64,000 nt of DNA from a virus. Positions within the stretch are counted from its first letter, which is position 1; the number at the start of each line of letters is the position of its first letter. Where the stretch lies: IMG/VR virus record IMGVR_UViG_3300029827_000001, positions 1 to 64,000 of that record; one strand, given 5' to 3'. The position numbers were made by a program, and so were the translations under genes. Shown here piece after piece: positions 58,567 through 64,000 of this stretch. The notes below the pieces were generated by a model. That model made no database searches. It saw nothing but the letters and a program-made list of their open reading frames with translations, and was not told where the DNA came from.

Positions 58567-59598
58567 ATGACTAAGGACTTTTGGTTATTTAGAACAAACC
58601 TGAGGCCATTAGAGTATTACCATCAGTATAAGAGCTTAGAAAACTTTGAAAAGAATTGTCATGACTTTTATCTACTAATGGGAATATGGTTTCTTAGAAA
58701 CCACATATACGATAACTTTATTGTCTGGCGACTAAACCCGAAAAGACAGAAATTAGCAGATATTACTTTTAATATAGATGGTAAGAAATTTATCCAGAGA
58801 TGGGTAGATAACTTTAATGAAGTATTCGATTACATCCCACCAAAAATTTCCTTCTTTCGAGGAGGATTCCCTGAGTACTGTAAACTTACAAAAATCAATC
58901 CTGACCATTTTGGGAAGAAACTATACCTCGGTGCTGGCAAAAGAGTCTATCCTCAGCATGGTGGTAACTATGATTTAATACTTTTAGAAAGTGAAAAAGA
59001 TAATCAAAACGAATATAAAACTGCACCTTTCTATAAAACTGCTAATAATGAGATATTTAAACCACTTGGAATGCCAAAAAAATATAACCTATGCTGGATT
59101 TGTAATTTTGCTCAAATAAGGCACAAAGGTCAAGAATTTTTTATAAGTGAGATTTCTAAATCTATTCACTTAAAAGGATTATCTATTGTTCACTTGGGGA
59201 ATAAACCAGAAGATGGGCAAAGAATGTGTAAGAAATATGGAGTTAATAATATTGACTTTGTTGGGTGGGTTGAAAGACCAATTCTAAATGAGTATCTAAA
59301 TTCTAGTTTTTTTGGGGTAGTAACATCAAATGAGCAAGATGGTTGTCCTAGAGTTATAACAGAAATAATGATGTCTGGAGTACCTCTACTATTAAGAAAA
59401 AGAACTAGACTCCTTGACTTCTATAAAAGGTCTGGAGTAATAATATTTGATGATAAAAGTTTAGAAATGAAGATACAGCACGCGATGCATAAGTATCAAG
59501 ATTATAATAATCAAGCGAAAAAAAATGTTGAAGAAAAACTAATCATGGATAAAGTCTGTAATATGAACTTAAATCTATGGAACAACTCAAAAAAATGA
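58567..59598 (+). CDS. GT-B glycosyltransferase (family 1/4-like)
   Basis: HKGQ, DGCPRVITEIMMSGVP. Confidence 0.75.
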   Translation: MTKDFWLFRTNLRPLEYYHQYKSLENFEKNCHDFYLLMGIWFLRNHIYDNFIVWRLNPKRQKLADITFNIDGKKFIQRWVDNFNEVFDYIPPKISFFRGGFPEYCKLTKINPDHFGKKLYLGAGKRVYPQHGGNYDLILLESEKDNQNEYKTAPFYKTANNEIFKPLGMPKKYNLCWICNFAQIRHKGQEFFISEISKSIHLKGLSIVHLGNKPEDGQRMCKKYGVNNIDFVGWVERPILNEYLNSSFFGVVTSNEQDGCPRVITEIMMSGVPLLLRKRTRLLDFYKRSGVIIFDDKSLEMKIQHAMHKYQDYNNQAKKNVEEKLIMDKVCNMNLNLWNNSKK

Positions 59599-59616
59599 GG
59601 GGACCCGACTCCCCTC
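59589..59616 (-). terminator. intrinsic terminator
   Basis: GAGGGGA/TCCCCTC stem plus T-run on minus strand, at convergent junction. Confidence 0.7.
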
Positions 59617-59642
59617 TAATCACGAGTTCACTTCTGATCTCT

Positions 59643-60674
59643 TTAGAAAACCCAGTGATAAACCTTTTTGGCTTTTTCGCTTACCCAGTTATAGGCACCC
59701 GAGAAATAGTTACTTTTCTTTTCCTCTTTGGCCTTGACAGTTCCTTCTGCTTCAGCAGCTCTCTGGATGGCGTCGATGGGCTCATTGTCAATCTTGACCT
59801 TGAAACTGTCTCCCTTTATCACTCCATTTAAGTTCTCAGAGTGAATGACAATCTTTTGCTCATCGGTCTTCCAGAGGATTGAGGCAAAGCGAACAGATTC
59901 CTGGCGGATTGTCAAGTCCCCCTGAACCCAATTTTTGATTGGATCAGGCCATGTTCGCCTATCTGGGTTTGACATAAACGCAAAGCATTTCTTGAGACCC
60001 ATTGATCTCATTTTGTCAATGATAATCTCAAGATCTGTTTCATCCTGACCTTGGAAGTCGGTCCAGAAGACTCTGCCACCTAATGAGTTATAGGCTCTCC
60101 CAACTAGTAAAGAATCGTAACCCCAACTCTTCACCTTATGGGACATATCCTCAATTGCCTTTGATCTCACTTGATCTTTGTAGACGGTTGTAGGAAATAT
60201 CATAGTGAAACCATCTGAATCAGTGATAGTTTCAACGCCGATCAACTCGGGGTTTTTGACGTCTTTGATTCTTTTTGATAAAACGTCAACCAACTGCTTT
60301 TCAAGGTGTTGCTGCTCTGCTGCGTAGTTGATTGCTTTCTTGATTGCTTCAGGTCCAGTCTCATGGAAAATGTATACTCCTGCTATGGTGAAGATCAAAG
60401 CAAGAGAAACTATTGAGTACATAAGGACCCTAATTACATAAGCAAACCCACCTTGAGCTTGTTCCCTCGGTTTTCTGAACAACCGAAAGCTTTTCGGTTT
60501 GTCGACCAACTCTGAAAGTTCCCGACTGACTCTTGATAGATTTTCCTTGATCACTAGTAGTCTCTCCTTGTCCTCGGTGGTTGCGATTCCCTTATTGACT
60601 CTCTCTTCTAATTCTGCGCTTTGACGGAGTAAGGAGACTCGCTCCTCACGAAGTAATTTTTCTTTCTCCTTCAT
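59643..60674 (-). CDS. membrane protein with N-terminal coiled coil
   Basis: One TM segment, AAGGAGG RBS. Confidence 0.7.
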   Translation of the reverse strand: MKEKEKLLREERVSLLRQSAELEERVNKGIATTEDKERLLVIKENLSRVSRELSELVDKPKSFRLFRKPREQAQGGFAYVIRVLMYSIVSLALIFTIAGVYIFHETGPEAIKKAINYAAEQQHLEKQLVDVLSKRIKDVKNPELIGVETITDSDGFTMIFPTTVYKDQVRSKAIEDMSHKVKSWGYDSLLVGRAYNSLGGRVFWTDFQGQDETDLEIIIDKMRSMGLKKCFAFMSNPDRRTWPDPIKNWVQGDLTIRQESVRFASILWKTDEQKIVIHSENLNGVIKGDSFKVKIDNEPIDAIQRAAEAEGTVKAKEEKKSNYFSGAYNWVSEKAKKVYHWVF

Positions 60675-60698
60675 AGTAATATCCTCCTTCTACTTTGG

Positions 60699-60887
60699 TT
60701 AGACTATTTCTTCCCCTCCTGTTTCTGGAATTGCAAAACCCTTAATCACTCTCCATCCATAGGATGGAAAAGCAATTGCTCCAATGATTGTTCCGACAAT
60801 TGATCCTACACAACCTCCTAGAAATGCTAGAGATAAGAGAATCAGTACACACGCCACCACCGCCAGAACATCGAGAACTAGTTTCAC
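60699..60887 (-). CDS. small membrane protein
   Basis: Hydrophobic, RBS. Confidence 0.6.
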   Translation of the reverse strand: MKLVLDVLAVVACVLILLSLAFLGGCVGSIVGTIIGAIAFPSYGWRVIKGFAIPETGGEEIV

Positions 60888-60938
60888 CTTCTATCCTCCT
60901 TCCAAATATTAGTTTTAGATACAATAACTTTATTCCAG

Positions 60939-60954
60939 TAATTAATATATATAG
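60939..60954 (-). promoter_or_regulatory. putative early phage promoter CTATATATATTAATTA
   Basis: Exact copy of repeated motif. Confidence 0.7.
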
Positions 60955-61036
60955 CTTTGGGACAGTAACCAAAGAACTATATGAGACATAAATTTTGGAT
61001 ATGAGAACATATTATAAAAATGAAAGGAGTAGTTTT

Positions 61037-61636
61037 ATGGTAAATTTAGGTCCATTAAAAGAAGATGTGCGAGATCTATTAATTCTTTATAGCGGCGGAG
61101 CAGATAGTCGGTTGATGCTGGAAATCGCTTTTAGAACAAATAGAAAGCCTTATTGTCTACTAATTGATTATGGACAATTACATAAAGAAGAACTAGATTT
61201 TGCTGTTAATCAACTTGACAAACTTAAAGTTCCTTGGCAATTAGTCTCAGTATCAGGTTTACTATATGATAGTGCTTTAACTGGAAGTGGTGAGCAGGGC
61301 ACGTTTGGAAGTAAAGATGAAATTAGTATTTTTCATGTTCCAGGTAGAAATACAATGTTTGCAGGCATTGCACTAGGAGTTGCTGAGAACAAAAGGATCA
61401 GTGAGATTTGGCATGGGGCTGATTTTTCAGATCGTTTAAATCTATTTCCAGATTGTTATCAAGAGTATGCAGTTAAGTTGAATGAATTATTTGCAATTGC
61501 TGGCCCAAGTCCAATTAAATATTTAGTTCCTTTAGCTGGTATGACAAAAGAGATGATACTTGATTTACTAAAAGCATATGGGGTTAATTTAGCTACTATT
61601 TTTTCAGGATATGGAGAGATTCAAGCAGAGTTATAA
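61037..61636 (+). CDS. queC: QueC-like PP-loop protein lacking the C-terminal Zn-binding motif
   Basis: YSGGADS, DYGQ, VPGRN, PDC, MTK. Ends TIFSGYGEIQAEL. Start ATG 61037 with AAGGAG. Confidence 0.75.
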   Translation: MVNLGPLKEDVRDLLILYSGGADSRLMLEIAFRTNRKPYCLLIDYGQLHKEELDFAVNQLDKLKVPWQLVSVSGLLYDSALTGSGEQGTFGSKDEISIFHVPGRNTMFAGIALGVAENKRISEIWHGADFSDRLNLFPDCYQEYAVKLNELFAIAGPSPIKYLVPLAGMTKEMILDLLKAYGVNLATIFSGYGEIQAEL

Positions 61637-61657
61637 GACAAAAAAATAACTGAGAAA

Positions 61658-61688
61658 CAAAAAGGCATTGGTGAAATATGCCTTTTTG
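61658..61688. terminator. bidirectional intrinsic terminator
   Basis: CAAAAAGGCAT/ATGCCTTTTTG between convergent genes. Confidence 0.7.
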
Positions 61689-61714
61689 ACTATCCGTTGA
61701 ATCTAGTGGATAGC

Positions 61715-61891
61715 TTATTCACTACCGAACTTTGATTCCATCATAGCTGAGACAAACAGGTTTAAGCTCTCAGCGATTGCGATCAGAGCAAACTTTATCT
61801 TCTCATTGTCCCTATAGTCAGGACCATCAGACTTTGCTCTGTCGATGTACTTTCTTATTTCTTTTAGTGTGAGCTCTTCTTTAGTGCTCAT
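61715..61891 (-). CDS. 58-aa hypothetical protein (not in ORF track)
   Basis: MSTKEELTLKEIRKY..., GGAGG RBS. Confidence 0.6.
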   Translation of the reverse strand: MSTKEELTLKEIRKYIDRAKSDGPDYRDNEKIKFALIAIAESLNLFVSAMMESKFGSE

Positions 61892-61904
61892 TGTTTCCTC
61901 CTGG

Positions 61905-62462
61905 TTAGAAGGTTCTCCAACGATTGTTTTTCCACATGAGTTGACGGTCGGCCATGATGGTCGTATTCTTTTTCTTAGCTACATTTGCAGCCATCAGACC
62001 GATTGTATCATGAGTAGTGTTAGTAAAAGTGTGACCCAACTCATGAGCAGTAACTATGCCTGAACCCTGCATAGTCGACCTAATGAGAATATACCGACCA
62101 GCATTCTTTGCCATAAAGGGTTTCCCTGGAAGATTCAGGTAACCAATAGCAACGTCATAATCAATCTTCTTCTCAAGTTGCTTCGCTCTCTTTGTGAGTT
62201 GCATCATTATATGGGCACCTGTTTTCTTGTTCCAGTGATACTCTTTAACTGCTACAATCTCAAGCTCCATATAGACCTGACCCTTTATGATATTGGTGGC
62301 ATTTGAAACTGCCTGGTAGATCCGGTCTTGCCTGAACACACCATCTGTCAAAACCAGGACTTTTAAAGTCCGAACTTCGAAACTCTCAGCAAGTACTGGA
62401 CTTGCCAAACTGAGAACTAACACTATGATCAATAGTGATCTTAACATCATTCTTCGTTTCAT
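61905..62462 (-). CDS. secreted zincin metallopeptidase
   Basis: Signal peptide, AHELGHTF..THD..GLM. Confidence 0.75.
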   Translation of the reverse strand: MKRRMMLRSLLIIVLVLSLASPVLAESFEVRTLKVLVLTDGVFRQDRIYQAVSNATNIIKGQVYMELEIVAVKEYHWNKKTGAHIMMQLTKRAKQLEKKIDYDVAIGYLNLPGKPFMAKNAGRYILIRSTMQGSGIVTAHELGHTFTNTTHDTIGLMAANVAKKKNTTIMADRQLMWKNNRWRTF

Positions 62463-62489
62463 GGTATTATCCTCCTTGAAACTATTAGT

Positions 62490-62750
62490 TTATTTCTCTT
62501 TTAGTAACTTCCTTACAAATGGGTAAACTTCATTTATCGTAGTATGGACTCCTGCAACTAGCGCTGCGACTGCTAGTCCTATTCCAAGTATCACGAATGT
62601 CCATGCCAGAAAGTGAGACGAGTGGACGAATGTCCATGAAGTTCTTGAAGCGGTAAACGATAAACCCCCAATACATAGAGCAACTACTAACTGACCAATT
62701 ATTCTCTTTACTTGGTCAATATTTCTTTTTTCAAACTCACTAAGTTTCAT
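62490..62750 (-). CDS. small membrane protein (2 TM)
   Basis: Hydrophobic, AAGGAGG RBS. Confidence 0.65.
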   Translation of the reverse strand: MKLSEFEKRNIDQVKRIIGQLVVALCIGGLSFTASRTSWTFVHSSHFLAWTFVILGIGLAVAALVAGVHTTINEVYPFVRKLLKEK

Positions 62751-62774
62751 TTTAACTACCTCCTTGTTTGAAAC

Positions 62775-63026
62775 TTACTCTGAAAGACTGGGATGTATTA
62801 GTAACTCCCGGCTCTTTTGAGTTATTATATCTCTGTACTTCTTAGAGACTAAGTTTTTGAGATCTTCTGATGACTCAACTTTCTTAACCAATGCCGTTGA
62901 GAGATTTACCATACCTCTCTCTTTAAATCTAGATATTGCTTTTTCAATCTGACTTTGAGGAAGACCCTTTTCCTCAAGGTCTTGTCTCACTAACTCTTCA
63001 ATGAGACACTGTAGGATCTTTTTCAT
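62775..63026 (-). CDS. hypothetical protein
   Basis: ATG 63026 with AAGGAGG. Confidence 0.6.
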   Translation of the reverse strand: MKKILQCLIEELVRQDLEEKGLPQSQIEKAISRFKERGMVNLSTALVKKVESSEDLKNLVSKKYRDIITQKSRELLIHPSLSE

Positions 63027-63081
63027 GATATTACCTCCTTGTAAAGTAGATACCAAGAAACCAAACATTCCGCCCTATCAT

Positions 63082-63097
63082 TAAGTAATATATATAG
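63082..63097 (-). promoter_or_regulatory. putative early phage promoter CTATATATATTACTTA
   Basis: One-mismatch copy of the motif, contains TATATTAC. Confidence 0.65.
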
Positions 63098-63113
63098 TAG
63101 CAAATCTTTATAT

Positions 63114-63500
63114 ATGGTGGTGAAAATGGATCCAACTAAACCTGGAAAAATTATTGGAATTATTGGTACTAGAAGAAGAGATAGATTTAATGACTATAAA
63201 GTAGTTGAGGAAGCATTCTTTAAAGCTTATGAAGAAGGTGATTGGATTTGCTCTGGTGGTTGTCCTCAGGGCGGAGATAGATTTGCTGAAAAGATTGCAA
63301 AGAAGTATGGAATACCAATTCTTATATTTTATCCGGATTGGAAAAAGTTTGGTAGAGGAGCGGGTATTGTAAGAAATACTTATATAGCATTAATGTCTGA
63401 TATTTTGATTGCTTGCGTTGCAGAAGATAGAACTGGTGGATCTGAAGATACCATTGAAAAGTTTGAGAAATATAAGAAAATGGAGGCGGTGTTAGTATGA
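63114..63500 (+). CDS. SLOG-family (DprA/YspA-like) protein
   Basis: IGIIGTR, SGGCPQGGD, AGIVRN..IA..SD, TGGS. Confidence 0.8.
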   Translation: MVVKMDPTKPGKIIGIIGTRRRDRFNDYKVVEEAFFKAYEEGDWICSGGCPQGGDRFAEKIAKKYGIPILIFYPDWKKFGRGAGIVRNTYIALMSDILIACVAEDRTGGSEDTIEKFEKYKKMEAVLV

Positions 63501-64000
63501 AACTAAGAGTATATCTAGGTGGTTATTCTCGTGAATCCAAATACCGAGAACTAGTAAAAAAAGATTATGGGGATAAGATTAACTTTATTGATCCTATTAT
63601 GGTACATAAAGTAGGAGGGACTGACCCTTCGGAGATTCCTCCAGCAGATAAACTTATGATTCTTTCTTGTCATGTTCTCGTTGTATATATTAGAAGAGCT
63701 TCTTTTGGAACACCTATGGAGATAATGTTTGCTCATACACACGGGATACCCGTTATATTAATTGATCCAACAGATGATCAAATTGCTTCAAGAGATATCT
63801 GGGTTTCTTATCATATAGATTTTACATTTGCTTCAATCTCATCTTGCTTCAATTATCTTTTAAGTCATCAATTAGACTATATAGAACAAAAAAATAAAAA
63901 GGAGTCGGTTATGGCAGAACCAAAAGTAAGTACAGTAATTCTAGGAAAACACTATTCTCCGTTTATTATTAGAAAAACAAATAAGTTTGGTTTTCCTCTC
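63497..64000 (+). CDS. nucleoside 2-deoxyribosyltransferase/DNPH1-like domain; ORF runs off window end
   Basis: VYLGG, DKLMILSCHVLV, SFGTPMEIMFAHTHGIPV. No stop before 64000. Confidence 0.7.
   Translation, partial: MKLRVYLGGYSRESKYRELVKKDYGDKINFIDPIMVHKVGGTDPSEIPPADKLMILSCHVLVVYIRRASFGTPMEIMFAHTHGIPVILIDPTDDQIASRDIWVSYHIDFTFASISSCFNYLLSHQLDYIEQKNKKESVMAEPKVSTVILGKHYSPFIIRKTNKFGFPL
63885..63896 (+). promoter_or_regulatory. putative late-type promoter AACA-N6-TA
   Basis: AACA-AAAAAA-TA, then AAGGAG and in-frame ATG at 63911. Confidence 0.5.

Larger units (their letters stand above)
1..64000. other. Segment of a large tailed (jumbo) phage genome, probably AR9/PBS1/phiKZ-related lineage
   Basis: Baseplate/PAAR/neck genes mixed with phage-type replication genes and many small ORFans. 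No host housekeeping operons. Phage-type promoter motifs. Confidence 0.9.

Noticed and set aside
51305-59598. Host capsule/O-antigen locus
   Set aside because: No wzx/wzy/ABC exporter. It is flanked by phage promoter motifs and phage ORFans with similar composition.
1870-63742. Short antisense or overlapping ORFs in the track (e.g. 1870+, 2410+, 19301+, 35390+, 40642-, 48004-, 59577+, 63551-)
   Set aside because: They are shadows of better-supported genes on the opposite strand or frame and lack RBSs or motifs.
1-64000. Stop-codon reassignment as in some large phages
   Set aside because: Conserved genes are full length in code 11, and TAA, TAG and TGA all end genes at sensible positions.
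1-64000. tRNA/rRNA genes
   Set aside because: No cloverleaf with T-loop GTTCRA and acceptor stem was found by eye in the intergenic gaps. The structured elements do not fit a tRNA.

Overview
The window is AT-rich, densely coding DNA in the standard genetic code with GGAGG/AAGGAG ribosome-binding sites. It reads as a segment of a large tailed (myovirus-type, jumbo) phage genome. Structural genes include a gp5/VgrG-like spike, a gp53-like wedge, PAAR and neck-like proteins, plus an amidase. A replication/recombination block encodes RecA/UvsX, a primase, a clamp loader, a putative clamp, a 5'-3' exonuclease, RuvC-like and Cas4-like nucleases, a Dda-like helicase, a class II RNR and a LigD 3'-phosphoesterase. 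Two late clusters encode glycosyltransferases and sugar-tailoring enzymes, and several leftward islands carry small, probably early genes. Main signals: (1) a two-tier promoter code, with a 16-bp CTATATATATTAATTA motif heading five leftward islands and AACA-N6-TA/TG heading at least six other operons, often back-to-back, plus a 480-aa ORF resembling the AR9 gp226 sigma-like subunit that reads AACA-N6-TA; (2) a volactin-like actin, a Rep_3-like initiator and a palindrome-rich candidate origin near the strand switch; (3) a large glycan synthesis/tailoring locus under a late-type promoter; (4) a QueC lacking its Zn-binding tail; (5) repeated micro-motifs (CX2CX5CX3C family, an N-terminal YLxxLQE tag) and several structured intergenic RNAs. 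All family assignments come from motif reading and recall, with no searches run.
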